64,000 nucleotides of DNA. Source: Hyphochytrium catenoides (Eukaryota > Protista > Hyphochytriomycota). The position numbers and the translations under genes are program-made. The DNA lies in the NCBI GenBank assembly GCA_900088475.1, contig FLMG01000540.1:124001-188000 (forward strand), read 5' to 3'. Numbering within the stretch: position 1 is the stretch's first letter; each line of letters starts with the position of its first letter. Shown in pieces: positions 49,159-62,586 of this stretch. Under the pieces are notes generated by a model. The model was not told the origin of the DNA. It did not search any database and was given only the letters and a program-made list of their open reading frames with translations.

Positions 49159-51195
49159 ATGGCAGACACTATATCTCCTTCCCAAGATGAAGACGTACAG
49201 GACCGCTCTATGGAGGGGACGATGAAGGCGCTGCATTCCCTCATCTCACGCGGCATTCAGTTAGAAATTGCCGCCCAGACCAGAGAACAGTGTATTGAAT
49301 TGATGCAGAGTTACATGAAGAGGTGAACGAATTATAAAGGTATAATGTTTTCTGGTTTCTAACTAGCGAGCAGGCTAGACATTGATGCTTCGAAGCTCTC
49401 AATCATTCATGTCGCTGGAACAAAGGGCAAAGGGTCTACCTGCGCCTTTGTGGAATCTATTTTGCAAAGTATGGGGTATCGTACAGGACTGTTCACAAGC
49501 CCTCACCTCGTCGACTTGCAAGAGCGCTTCCGAATCAATGGTAAACCTGTGTCCGAAAAGAACCTTCTCAAGCACTTTTGGGGAGTCTGGGATGACCTCC
49601 GAGCGACTAAGGTCTTCTACCACAAAATTTGCCTGTGGCATGCATCGTGACCAAACTTACTTCCCTCTCTAGGAACAAGCGGCTGGGAATCCGGTGATGC
49701 CAATGTTCTTTCGATTCTTGACGCTTGTTTGTCTGCGGATGTACTTAGACGCTGCTGTAGACGTTCTGATCTTGGAGGTACGTAGCGGTGTGAAAGTAAA
49801 CGGTCTACTATGGTCCTTTGCTAAAGCTGCAGCCCCAGGTCGGCATGGGCGGTCGCTTCGATCCAACGAACTGCACCCAAGAAGTGGATGTTGCAGCCAT
49901 AACACTGTTGGACTATGATCACTGCCAGTACCTTGGGAACACACTTGAAGAGATTGCATACCAGGTAGTCTTTCCCGTAGGCATTCAATCTTCACTGAAC
50001 GTCAAGCCCAACCAACCCATGTTGCAGAAAGCAGGTATTATCAAGACTGGAGCACTAGCGTTCACGGTCCCCCAAGATGTAGGAGCTTTAGAAGTTTTGA
50101 GAAAATGTGCGCAAGAAGCGGGAGCGACATTGATGGTGGTACCCTCACTGGACGTAGTTGCCAAAGAGGAAGATGTGGAGTTGCCTACTTTATCTATGAC
50201 AGGTACGCTAATCCAGCACTCATGTCTAGCCCCTCTGGTCAGTTCAGTTTTGACTATTGTCGTCAGGATCCTACCAATACCAGAATGCTGCTTTGGCCTA
50301 CCAAGTCTGCAAGGCGTGGGTTGAACGCTTCCACGCCAAGTATCCTCATAAGACTCACCCCTTTAGCCGTCGGACCGTCTCCTTAAGAGACCCAGGTATT
50401 ATTGGTCATATCACTGCTGGCCTCGGATATTGCTAAAACCTGCTGCCAATTCAGATGTTGTCCGTGGCATAAGTCGCTGCCACTGGCCAGGTCGGTGCCA
50501 CGAGATTGCATTCCCAGATCAGAATGTTATCTATTACCTTGATGGTGCCCATACTGAGATCAGTATTCGGTCGGCGGCACAGTGGTATTCACAGGTGCGC
50601 ACTGTCTTTCTTCCGGTTTGCAATGTCATGCTGTCTGATGGTCGTCTAATCGTTTATGTGTGCTAGCGGCTACTTGCCTGTGCCGAGAATAATAGTTCAC
50701 AAGTCCGTGTCTTGGTCTTCAACTGTGGGCATGAGCGTAAAGTCTCCAGTATAATCACGGCCCTCTTAGCTGAAGCCAAATTTGACCACATTTTCATAAC
50801 ACCAATGGGCTTTACTAGGCCCAGTAGATTCTCTCCCTTGACAGCAGAAGCAATTCTTCGCGAGGTAAGGACACATAACATAGACTGGGAACTTTTAGTT
50901 TCGAGGCTTGAACTAAGACAGCGTTTAGGCTGGAGTGCCTGACTACAAAGGAAAATCAGAGGATGACGCTTCCTGGGAAAGCACTTTACGGACAGTCTTC
51001 ACGGTCCTCACAAGTGGCACACACTGCCGCTGCTCAGTTGCCATGTCCGCTGAAGATTGTAAAAAAAGAGTAGACAACTTGGTCCAGGACCTTCAGGCGC
51101 CAGTGCGTGTCCTTGTCACGGGCTCCCTATACCTAGTCGGAGGCCTGTTGAGGGTGCTGGGCTGGACGGCGCTGGAGGAAACTGAGGATTTCTAA
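49159..51195 (+). CDS. FPGS: Folylpolyglutamate synthase (eukaryotic type), spliced
   Basis: [29 protein letters not shown]...[61 protein letters not shown] and [11 protein letters not shown]. Confidence 0.95.
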
Positions 51196-51244
51196 AGCCC
51201 CACAAGCCCCAATATAAATATCTTTTTGCCACACTTTTGTCACT

Positions 51245-52391
51245 TCACTCTGTCTTCAACTTGGTTTGCTTCCACTCAACAAATTCATCCAGAAGCAACG
51301 GCCCTATATCCCCAACCCAGGGCCAACACCCATGTGTCGCAGTGGGGAGGACAAAGAAAGAGAGACAGACGGTCAGACGGTCAGGTGTAAGCAACACGCT
51401 ACTGAAAGTGCCAACTTGAGCACATGACACTTACAGGCTCCATTGGGATCATAGCCTTGCAAATCAGCAGTTACATGAGTCGAAAACTCCAAGAAGTTGC
51501 TCCACTAGGAGGAACATGGATGGAAGAGCAGGTCAGTGAACAAATGGCAGAAGTCATGCTGACCTACAGGTACCTGGTCAAAAGTGATTCTTTGGACTGG
51601 AGAAGATTCGAGAAACTCAATGAACTCATTCGTGTGCACGGACCGATCTCCGAGAACTAGGGGAAGGAGTGCGATAACAATGTCCTTCTCTATGGTCTTC
51701 GCGGTGCCCTCCCGCGAGATTTGAAATACAAAGCGAAAGAAGTCACGAAACTTAGAAGGATTCTCAAGCTCAGCACGCAGTTCCGGCAACTTGGCCTTGA
51801 GCTGCTGAAGGGTTTCGCATCTAGATCAAAGCAGTATGTAAGGGCTGTGTCTCCGCAAGAGACGTTCCTTGCAATTGTCTCAGGTACCCGAGCCTTGTCA
51901 TTCCAGTCTCAAACTCGTCCTTCGTGAATTGCGATCCGGTCTTGGCCTTGAAGTGCCATGCAATAATCAGAATCTCGATCTGCATGGGACACATGGTCAA
52001 CTTCGAAAAACATGTACCCAAAGAAGCTCCATTGATAATCCTACATCTTCCACAGGGTTAATCTCCAGTTCCTTGCACATTGCTTCGATGCCCTCTGCAA
52101 GCCGTCGAAGCACCAAAAACGAGAAACCGCCGGCGGTCAATAAAGACGATACCATAGCCTAAAAGTTAGGGAGACGCATACCGACCTGGCCCAATTATCT
52201 CCTCTTCTTCATCTAGAGTGACGGTGTTACGGAGTGGCTTAGCCTCGTCAAACCAACTAACTCATGGAGTTGTAAGTTTGCGTACCTAGGTGTAAACGCT
52301 CATACATAGCAGTGATAGCGCCAACATCTACCTTCGACTTTGGCTCTGTGACGGGTGGATTTTTGGGTCGCCTCAGGAAGTATATCGACAT
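51245..52391 (-). CDS. DCN1-like (defective in cullin neddylation, PONY domain) protein, spliced; 5' end uncertain
   Basis: IGP|EGIEAMCKELEINP, ILIIAWHFKA...FTKDEF, FRDFFRFVF, ITFDQ|WSNFLEF, YDPNGAW|PLLLDEFVEW. Confidence 0.9.
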
Positions 52392-53390
52392 GGTCTCTAG
52401 GACTATTGAGTAGTCTCACTAAGTCCTCGCCCTTCAGCTTTCAACAGCCTGGATTCTGAGACCGTGCGCTTAAAGCTGAAAATCGCTGACCGACCGAACC
52501 TGCTGCTTGGCTCCAAATCGCTACCAAACGTATTGCTCCAAACGGAGCTTCACCAGGAAAGTCAGACCGCTTGTCCTTGCTTCCTTAATATATTGATAGG
52601 TTGGGACTAGTGTGTCGGTAGCAGGACGATGTTGGACTGGGGATTACGAGCTCGCTAGCTCGAGTAGGGAAGCTCTGCCTATGTGCGACTATGACCTGTG
52701 CCCTCCTCTCAGCAGACGGGCAGTTGGCAAATTGTGATGATGGAAGAAGATAATCCTTTCCTTCGTTCTTCCCACGAGAGCCGTTAACCGTATTAGGGAA
52801 GAAGCAAGGACTGCCAGGCCCGTTAATTAATTATTAGCAGCACTTTACGAGGTAGAATTTGTCAATAATGCCAATGAAGCTACTGAATTTCAACTTGACT
52901 TTCACCGAATATGCCTGCGAATTAGAACTATATTTTAACGCTTGTCAAAAAAGGATGCAGCAATGATTTTTTGAGAAATTTTGGCAAAGTGGTCATGTGG
53001 ATTTTATGATGGGGTGTGCGTGTCATGCGCAGACATAAGAAGATAACGGGGCAGGTAAGAAAGCTCAAGAATCAACCTCTGTCATCGCCTCCATATTTGG
53101 CTCCTTCCTACAGGCAATAGAGCGGGGTTCCCAGGCGTATATCCTCCTCCTGAAGGCTCAGCCCCTCTGCCACATGCTACAGCTAGCATACATTCTACAG
53201 CTCAGTGTCGATTGTCCCGCAGCATTGGGTGTAATGCTTCAGTGATCTGGTTTGACGCGGCGCCAGGATCCTGCCACTAGATGGGCAAGGAAAGTGGCAA
53301 TGATCGCTCTCAAGCTTGGGTCGGTCCGGTGCACTGTATTGCTTCCACAGCAGCCGCAGGAGGGGCTGCTGAACCCGTCGTCTGAGCACG

Positions 53391-56300
53391 ATGGATGAGC
53401 TGGTGGACATCTTCCGAAGCGATCGGCTCAAGTTAGGTCGCTTGAGAAGACAAAGAAAAGATGCTGATGGGGACAATTTTTCTGAACCTCAGTAAGGGCT
53501 TGAGATCTCTACACACTTACGCTCATCACTGCTAACAGTCTGCTTTCAGGAGCTCTCCAGCGTCGGTTGGGGCGAGGAGCATTCGGGATGACGTGTCAGA
53601 AGAGGCCCGATCGGATAGATCAAACTCTCTTGGTAACTCCTTCAAGGAGGCTGCGGCGGTAGCAGGTGAGAATGGAAGGAGTCTGTTTATGACTGAGGTT
53701 GCAGTACTAAGACTTCCTCGGCTTAGGTTTGCTGAGTGGGGGCGGCTTTGCCATCCAAACCTTCAGAGAAATGACGCAGCAGCCGCCAGTGACAACCACC
53801 AGTCTCACCCTGCCGCCTTCCAACGTCAACGCAAGATCTTGGTCCATCACGCCATCTTCCGCTACTTCAGTGTATGTTGAGAAAGGAGCCGGGAAGGTAG
53901 TCTACTCCGGTTGGCTGCGTAAGCAGGGCAACTTTTGGTACGCAAGCATATCAATAACGGACCCCACGACCATAATACTGCACTTTTAACCAGCTTTTGA
54001 ACCCATCAGGACGGGATGGAAGAGAAGATATTTCGTCCTGCGAGTCCAGAGTGATGATGAGAGTCCAACGCAATACGGCCTTCTCCAGTTCTATAATAAC
54101 AACCGCTTCGGCAAACTCAAGGGAGAGATTTCACTATGTGAAGGGACAATTGCCGTTAGATTCTTGGATATACAGAAGACAGGCAAGCCTTATTGCTTTG
54201 AAATCGTCAAGGGCTTCTACCAGGTGAGATCTCTTTCTTGTGCAATCTCCCTTGTTGTTCCTTTCATGACTCTAAAGCAACGAGCGCATAGTTTATCTGC
54301 CAGGCAAGTGACGAAAGAGAATGCAAGGCTTGGGTGAGTCACCTGCTTCAACTGGTTCCATCCAACACTGCCACGATGGCTGGCACTCCTCGGGTAACGA
54401 GGATGGACTCGACGCTCGGAAAAACGGGCACCGTCGTCCGAGAGTCGATGTATGGCGTTTTCAATAGGCGACTGACGGTGGAGGTGAAAAGTATATTGGT
54501 GGGTGTATATGCTACTCAGGTAGACGCGCCTGGCCTTCATATAACCAGTCCATTATCCCTATTCTTCTGCAGAGTGATCCCCGTAGCAAGGAACACATGT
54601 CCTGTCAGACTTATATGAAAAAGTTTGATCACCGGTCTCCGTCTGCGCTGACTGAACTCGCTAAGGCTATGGGACGACTGAGGGATCGAATGCTGAGCAG
54701 TCACGGCGAAGCCCTCTGTAAATATGTTGACGAACCGCGAAAGGAAGAAGAGCAAAAAATGACCATAGTATCCAAGGCTGTGACGAGAGGCATAGAGGAA
54801 ACGCTTTTCATACCATTGCATGACGGAATATATTTGAACCTCAAGCGAAGAGTCTCTGAAGAGCAGGAGGTGAGGTTCTTAGTAGCCCGATCTGTGAATG
54901 GTGGAAAAGAGTATAAGAGGCTCCTTTGCCTTGTTACTTTTGAAGGGTGGGTGGGGTTGTCTTGAGTCTTGACCTTCGCTCAGTGCCGACATTTTCCTGA
55001 CCAGTCGATTCGTTCTCTTGCTTACTAGGCCGAGATACTCAGAAAAATGCAGTATTTGCGCAGCAAGAACCAGCAATTCTATGATATTCCTAGCTCCCAA
55101 ATCTCTCCTTCTAACTGGAAGTCAGTCTGCCGTATTATGGATACGATTGGCACTCATTCGCTGCCTTCCGACAAACTCGACTGCCTTATACTAGCTGTCC
55201 GAGAAATTCATGAGCTCTATGATTTGGAAAAGAGGCAGTCGGTAGGGACCAAGGGGCTAGATGCGGACGATTTGCTCCCGATATGTAAGATACCGCCGAG
55301 AGCCCTAGCTCATCTTCTTTCAAGTCTCCCTACTTCCTCCTCTGGAAAGAAAGCATATCCTCTTCTCACTGGTGTACTAACTGAGAGTCTCCTCATCTCC
55401 TAGCTCTACTATTCTGTTCTGTCTTTATAGAGCGTGTGACCCCTTTCCGTGTCACCCCCTTCCCTATGCATAACAACGCATCAGGAAGGTATACTAACAA
55501 TGAGCTTATATCCTCTTCCATCCCCTTGTGTGGTCCATCCTCTTCAACCACAGTCACCTTTGTAGTGGTAAACAGCAACCTGGAGAAGCTTCTTACTCTT
55601 CGTGAGCTTCTCGTCGCCTTCTCGGATCCATGGGAGGCTTCAAGCGACAAGGAAATTGGTGTGGATGTTAGCCTCCTGACCTCCTCTATTGACTACATTA
55701 CGTCCATCAACATACCGGGCATAATGGAGGATATGCTCAAAGATCAGGTGGGGCTTCCATTTGTTTTCGGCTTCCAACAGACTCCAGAACGCTCCCCACA
55801 GCCAGAGTAGAGGATTGCAAATACATGGTTCTATTTCAACCTTGGTTCTGCCATACCTCGAATTGCGTTGCTATCTACTCAATGGAATCCTACTCTTTCC
55901 TCTTCACTTCTCCTTGCTTTTCTTGTATTCGCTGTTGTCGTTACCAGGTATTGGTTAGCGTGGAAGGAGACTGGCGCAGCGGGCTGGAGCTGGAAAAGGA
56001 CCGATTGTACGGTCTAGGAGCAGTGGTATGTCCCATTGTGATCCCCCTGATATTGAATTGTCCTTATCTAGGGGGAAACAATTTGCATAATTCTTCTGTC
56101 GGCCAACCTGTGGCGGGACGCATGACTACTATTCGTGCTTACAACCTAGTAGCGCATTCTGCCCGTGAAGCCCTCCTCTGCGGACAAATTCTTATTTCTA
56201 TCTTTGCTCTATATGCAGTTGCTATCTTCTCATCACATGAACCTCTTGCAGGTGAAATCCACCGCTTCCGGCCACAGCCGGTGGGGTGACAACGTCGCTC

Positions 56301-59300
56301 ATTTGAAGATTGGCAAAGGCTCTGTATTGATGACAGTGAACGGCGAGTCAGTGGCCCTTTTCCCCTACGAGGAATGCATAACGATATTAGATAACGCCAT
56401 TCCACCCAGGAGGTAACAGAAGTTGTTCTCAGCTATTATTCCACGGAGTGTTAGTTCCATCGTCGGCTAGCTTCCGAGTCTCCACTGTGCCAGACTCACT
56501 TCTTGTTCTCAGGCTTGGATTCCTTCCACCGCAGTTGTACTATAGAATGATGGCCATGAAGAAATATTATTGGGAAAACGCGTTGTGGCAGGTAGGCTGA
56601 CCCTTAGTATCCGTACGCTGGTATTGTCTCTTACCTGTCTGCTTCTCTTTATTTCTTCTTTTGCAGGCATGCAAGCGCAGTAGCTTTCAAGGAGTGAAGC
56701 GGTTGATCCAGAATAAAGTGAACGTGAACTGCAGGAGACAGAACCTTAGCACTGCACTTCACATTGCAGTCCACAGAGTTAACCTTGAGATTGTTAAGCT
56801 GCTTATAGAGGCGGGTGCCAACGTCAATGCTGTGGGACCCATGGATAGGACACCACTACATATGGTGAGTAACATGCGCAAAAACGGCGAAGGTGGTGTT
56901 GACGCATTGCCAAGAGAAGAATGCCGCAAGTATGCTGTGAGGGAGGCAGTGGGTGCTTCGACTCTTGGGGGGCGTAGCATTGCACGACTGCTGCAATTAG
57001 CTCTCCATGATCATCACTAGGCCAAGCGCAAGCATGAGGGACGCCTAGCATCGCTTCTGACAACTCTGTCGCTTTCAATTGATGCTCTGTTTAGTTGGGA
57101 GTCCCCTTGGGGGAAGAAGAAGCAATCTCAAATGAGGTTGACGATAATTATAATGGTGAAGTGACACAGATTGTCGATGCCCTAAAAATCGCCGGCGGGG
57201 ATCTGGACGCTCGGGACATTTTTGGCAACACTCCCGCCATGCTATGTGCTCGCAGAGGAGCATCTCAGGCGCTTTCCGCTCTTTTGCGATGTGGTGCAAA
57301 TCTTGAGATTAGAAACTGGCAGTTCGGGTGGGTAACGCTACCTAAGTGGAGGCTCTATTGATTGTCTTCTTGGAATCGACATATAGCGGCTGTAGTTTCC
57401 AAAAATTATTGCAGATATCTCCACCCCGTATGCCAATGTCTAGATCTGTTCCTCGGTTTCTTTAAGCAAGCGACCATGTTTGGTATCTTCCTGCCCCTTC
57501 ATGTGTTTGTCTTCCTGGCTAACATTGCTGTTAATCACGGTCCAGGTACACTGCTCTTGCCTGGGCTGCGCAGGAAGGAGCCAATGAGTGTGTACAGGTT
57601 CTGCTGCAAGCCGGATCCGAAGTGGATTGTCGCAGTTTGGATGGCGAAACACCGCTTCATATAGCAGCTTCAATAGGCTCAGCAGTCTGCTGTGACACTC
57701 TGCTCCAACAGGGCGCTCATGTAAATGCCCAGACAGGTATGCTAAGCCATCCAACCCATAAGATAGGTAGAGCGGATGGGGTAAAGAACAGGAGCAAATG
57801 GTGGGGAAGTCTAGACTATGGGCTTCTTGGACCCGTTCTCCGCTTTTTTTGGTCGTTAGTATCCGTGCTAGTAGGTAGCTTTCTCGCCTCGTTGCTTACT
57901 TATCCTTTCCTTCCTCTGGCTTTCTTAATATATTGTCACGGTGCAGTGCACGGGGTTTCTCCATTAATAATGGCAGCCTCTCGAGGCCAGGTGCGCCGAA
58001 TTGGCCCCAAAGCACCTGAAGTAGCAGACGACATTCAGCTGGAGCGCACAATAGAGTTATTGCTGCATGCTGGGGCTAACCCGGCGATCGGTAAGAGATG
58101 TGAGAATCTATATGAGGCAGCTATAGCAAAGGGGGAACAGATTCAGTACTATTGATTTTTGCTATATGTGGGTGTCGTTAGCTCTTTGGAACAAAGTTCC
58201 AAATCACCTTTCCCCCTAGAAGGCTGGCGTGGCCGCTGGCCATTTGGGAATCAACCTCCCTGCCTGGGACTGCAGTTCTTTCGAATTCTCAGCGTAGTGT
58301 GCTTATATTTACAACCTTCCTTATTTTGCTTTATGCTTAGTGGGTAAGAACTTTGGGTCTGCGCTTCACTACGCTATGGTCCATGCAAACGAAGGAGTCG
58401 TAAGAAGACTTCTCACCGAAGCACCTCAGATTACAGGCGTCAAGGACATCAAGGGTAAGCAAGCAGGACGTGGAACTAGAAGGAGGGGCTTGCCGGTCAT
58501 TATATATTAGATAGCTGCTCTTGGCGGTAATAAGGGGTATATCTGGCAAAAAAAGGACTTGTGATGATGGACTTTTAGGGCGACTTGGTCGGTGTCATTA
58601 AAGGTGGAAAGAAAAAGAGATTTTTTTTTGTACCCTAAACCTCTCAGCTGATATGCGCTATTTTTTCTCCGCAGGCTGCACGCCCTTGGACTTAGTTACT
58701 CAGAAACTTCTGGAGTACAGGGCATCTAAGCACCAACAGGTGTCCGAAGGAGTGATCAGAGGCACCCTTCCTTCGGCCTCGCCTTCTTCCCGCTCCGCCT
58801 CTTCCGAAACTGCTCCATCTCCAACCTCCCACCTCTTGCGTTGGGCTTCAAATTACCAATTGCTTGCTGGGTCTCGAAATGAAGACTTCAGCACGTTCAA
58901 CACCCAGCTGCAGGTTATGTGGAAAGACCTGCGCTGCACCCTGACTTCAGCAGGAGCTCTCCATATCTTGGTAGGATGGGACTGACAGAACTTCTCAAGT
59001 CTATATTCTAGCCACTCTCTTTCTCTCCTAATCTGGAGAACTCTTCCTTCACTCCTTCGTACCTGACGTGACTTAAGAGCTAGATGCTCCTGTCCTCCAT
59101 AGTCTGCTCTTTTCTTTAGCCCTGCGTCTGCCCTACAAATAGAGCTCATGTATCACTTCCTCCCGCCCACATTCTCGTAGTCTGGCTCGTTGGAGGCAAG
59201 CGTGGCTCATCTCATGTCACCCCAGCACTTTACCGGACATGATATGTCGGATATTATTTATAGCATCACGGAGATATGTGACGTGATGTTGTTCCTGAGA

Positions 59301-62300
59301 TACATCAAGGAGGCGTATCAAAGAGCGTTCCCAGACTTCATGATGAATTGGATGGCTAGTGTCACAAGTAATGAAGGTGGGCTTGATTTGGTCGACTGTG
59401 ACGTCCTGTCCATGTTGGGTCCCTCCCTGGCTTCTCAGTTTCTCCTTTGATGAGAAGGTCAAGTCCTGTCATGTGTATCATTCTTTTACTGGTAGTGCCC
59501 AGTGGCTTAGGAATGTCTCTCTCTTCCTTCATTGGTCTTTCGCGCTGGAGCTGGGCCGACCTGCCCCTGAATTGACTCTCTCTCTCTTCCTACCTTTCGC
59601 GTCCTCTCTTCGCATTAGAGGAGGCCAACAAGATTGGGGTCGACACGGAAAGTAAAACTTATCTGGAGGACTATGGAGACATTGCCGCAGAAGCCTTTCT
59701 CCGCCGCCATGGTATACCCTGTATCGTCCTGACCACGAAAGAGGTGAGATACAGTTCGTATTATGCAGGCAAAAGGTGGTGTAAAGCAAGGGAAGGAGAG
59801 TCTTAACGGGGGTTTAGTAAGACTTAGTGGTGAAAGACCAGATGGATGTTGCAGAGTCAATCGACTTATGTTAAGTACAGAGATCATCGTGCAACTGTGC
59901 AAATGCCTCTTTCCTATTCTTTGATTGCAGCGAGTAACTGCAGTGCGACGGATTGCGACATTCTCTCTGGAGCTTCTCGTCGTAGCCCATGAAGAGTTAT
60001 TGAGGAGCCAGAGTCAATGCTGTGCAGCCTTCCTGGACTTAGCCAACGACATCATACTTGCAGGTAGTGAGAACACGAGCAAGCATGCCGCCCCTAAAAT
60101 CCCTGATGGTATTAGAGAAAAAACCAGAGGCTAGCAAGGGGAACAGGGGAAGTAGTCGAACTGTTCTGGCGCCGAAACATACTGGTAGCTCCGGTAAAAC
60201 CAAGTAGCGAATCCGTTGCTCATCTCCCGAACTTTCTCCTTTCTTTTTGGCCCCCGTTGTAGCGGAGCGCGACGGTGATGTCTCTCTTTCCGGCCTCCTC
60301 GCAAGTTTCAAGCTACCGCGTTTTGTGGCTTCATTCCTTGTGCAAGAGTTGCCCGAAGAGGCGCTGCCGGAGGGTTACGAAGAGCTAGGAGGTACGCTGA
60401 TGCCGACTGGATCACAATCAGCTAGTTGTTAGGACATTAGCGCTAGCGCATTCCATTCAATGCTCCGCTGATCACTCTGCAGCTCTAGGCCAGCAATTTT
60501 TTGCGCCAAACGAGGATATCATTTTGGAAACTCCTTCCCCTATGGACAGAGGACGAGAGAAGCCAAGCGAAAGTCCATTGCATAAGCAGTATCAGGAGGC
60601 TCTGCAGGTCGATGCCATCATTGAAGGTTAGTTTCTAGCTCTCCTCGCATTGTCCGGCTCTTTTGAATGCAATGCTCATGTCCACGTACTTTGCTGTTCT
60701 ATAGGAGGCCCTTCGCAACTTCACGAATTAGGCCGAGGAAGTGCCAGAAGGGCCTGGGGCGGGCCGGAGGGCCTTCTGGGCGAGGAAGGCAGGCAGAAGT
60801 CGAATAGCGTTACTTCCATGTCGTCAGATCGGTCCCATGGAAGTTCTAAGAGGAGGTGTACATCTGCTTTCATACTCTCCGTGACTTCCTACTTACCTTG
60901 CTCTAATCTCTTATATAAATCGCTAACAATTCTTTCGTTTCTAGTGAGAGGCTGTTAAGTGTACCTCCTCAGCGAGTGGCGAAACAGATTACATTATTTG
61001 CTCATTATTTATATCAGAAAATTCCAGGTGAGGTCGCTTTTCTTCTGTTCTTTTGCTTTTCCTCTGAATGATCAACTGCTTCTATGTCTTATGTGGCGTC
61101 TGTTCGCGTCCTCGTATGTTGGCAATGGAATCAGGCTATCCAGCGCCACTCTTCCCCCCTGGCGCTTGACCATTCTGACTGTCCCTCTTCAGTGTCCGAG
61201 CTGCTTTGCAAGAAAGGTATTCGGCCTGCCTTCTCCGAGATGAAGCAATTCTTTAACCATGTAAGTGCTGTCCATATGTTAGTTTCCCTATGTCTCGCGG
61301 GACCTAACAGAAACAACAGCTGACTATCTGGGTCATGAGTGAGATCTTGCGGGAGAGAGAAGTGCAACTTAGGACAAGGGCCATCGAGTACTTTATCACG
61401 GTAAGAGAACAGTAGAAAGAGTAAAAACATCAGCATTCCGGTCTCGTCACGTCACTAGGTGACAAGGAAAGGGATGTAGAGTTTAGGTTGCGGAAGGGCT
61501 GAAGGTGGATACCATAGAGAAGAGTGAGAGAAAGGCCGGTGTAGTGTTTCAGTCCGTTTACCCTTGCCTGCAGAAGTCTGTTCTCCTGATAAGCTCTGTA
61601 GCGTTAACTCTGTGTACTCCCTACTGATGACCTCTTCTTTCGTCCTGTGCTGATTACTTATTGCACTCCATCAATGTGTCACTCATGGGTTTCCACAGGT
61701 GGCTGCTAAGTGCCGCTCCCCTCTTCACAATTTTGATGGCCTGGTGGCAATTATGAACGCTTTGCAAAGTACTGCCATCAACCGACTTAAGATGTCATGG
61801 GCTAGACTGGGACAGAAGGAAAGGGATCTCTGGAATGAGCTCAAGCAGCAAGTGGCTGCAGGTGGAAGGTAAGGGAGCGAGTCTCTGGGTTCTTGTAGGG
61901 AAGGCAAGTGTCGAGAGAGGAGTTTGTAGATGCTAAGAGGACTTTGTAAGGACTTTGTACTAGTGCGAAGCACAGGGGATGGACAAAGCCGACCAGGAGA
62001 CTAATGTAACTGTCTCTTTGCATCTCCCAGACGCCTATTCCACGTTATCCGAGACACATCTCCACCCTGTGTGCCGTACGTAGGGATATACCTGCAACAC
62101 CTGACTGGTTACAGAGAAGTGCCCACCTTGCTAGAAGGAGGACAGAAGATTAACTTCAAGAAGGTAAAAGACATTTTGCTATGAAGATGACGCTGCGAGT
62201 GGATCTCTAAGGACATCTAGTGAATCCCGACTTTAATGCTACGCTTCGTTCTCAAGCTTGGCTAAATGCTCTTTAATATCTCACCTCTTCCTTATGGGGG

Positions 62301-62586
62301 ATCCACAGGTCACCTGGCCTCCTTTGTCTTCCTAGAGTCTGCTTTGCCTTCGTCACTCACGGGCATTCCCAACCTCGCGGTCTCCCTGGCCAAATACTTC
62401 CCTTTACTTCTCTAGATTCGCTCTGTAGGTGAGGTACTTCGCTCCTTCACCAAGCACCAGCGGATACCGTACATCATCCCTGTTGACAGCGCCATCCTTT
62501 GCCTGGTGTTTCGTACACCAAGGTTCAAGACGGAAGAAGAGGCATACGACCGTTCTCTTCTCCTGGAGCCGCGCTTACCCTCTTAA
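53391..62586 (+). CDS. Multidomain guanine-nucleotide exchange factor: PH - VPS9 - PDZ-like - ankyrin repeats - REM - CDC25/RasGEF; many exons
   Basis: PH: SGWLRKQGNFW|TGWKRRYFVL. VPS9: PSDKLDCLILAV...DADDLLPI|FVVVNSN. PDZ-like: GSVLMTVNGESV. Ankyrins: TALHIAV, TPLH, GNTPAM, GETPLHIAA, SPLIMAA, SALHYAM. REM: SGSLEASVAHL. CDC25: VAKQITL...WVMSEIL...RAIEYFIT|VAAKCR...NFDGLVAIMNALQSTAINRLKMSW...PCVPYVGIYL...INFKK...YDRSLLLEPR. Start codon inferred, stop TAA at 62584-62586. Confidence 0.85.

Noticed and set aside
52737-53390. Upstream exons extending the GEF gene from ATG 52737
   Set aside because: An in-frame TGA lies just upstream of ATG 53391 and no convincing splice path was found. Left unresolved.
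59439-59457. 19-nt micro-exon in the GEF gene
   Set aside because: The flanking exons already join in phase without it (…SNE|EEANKIG).
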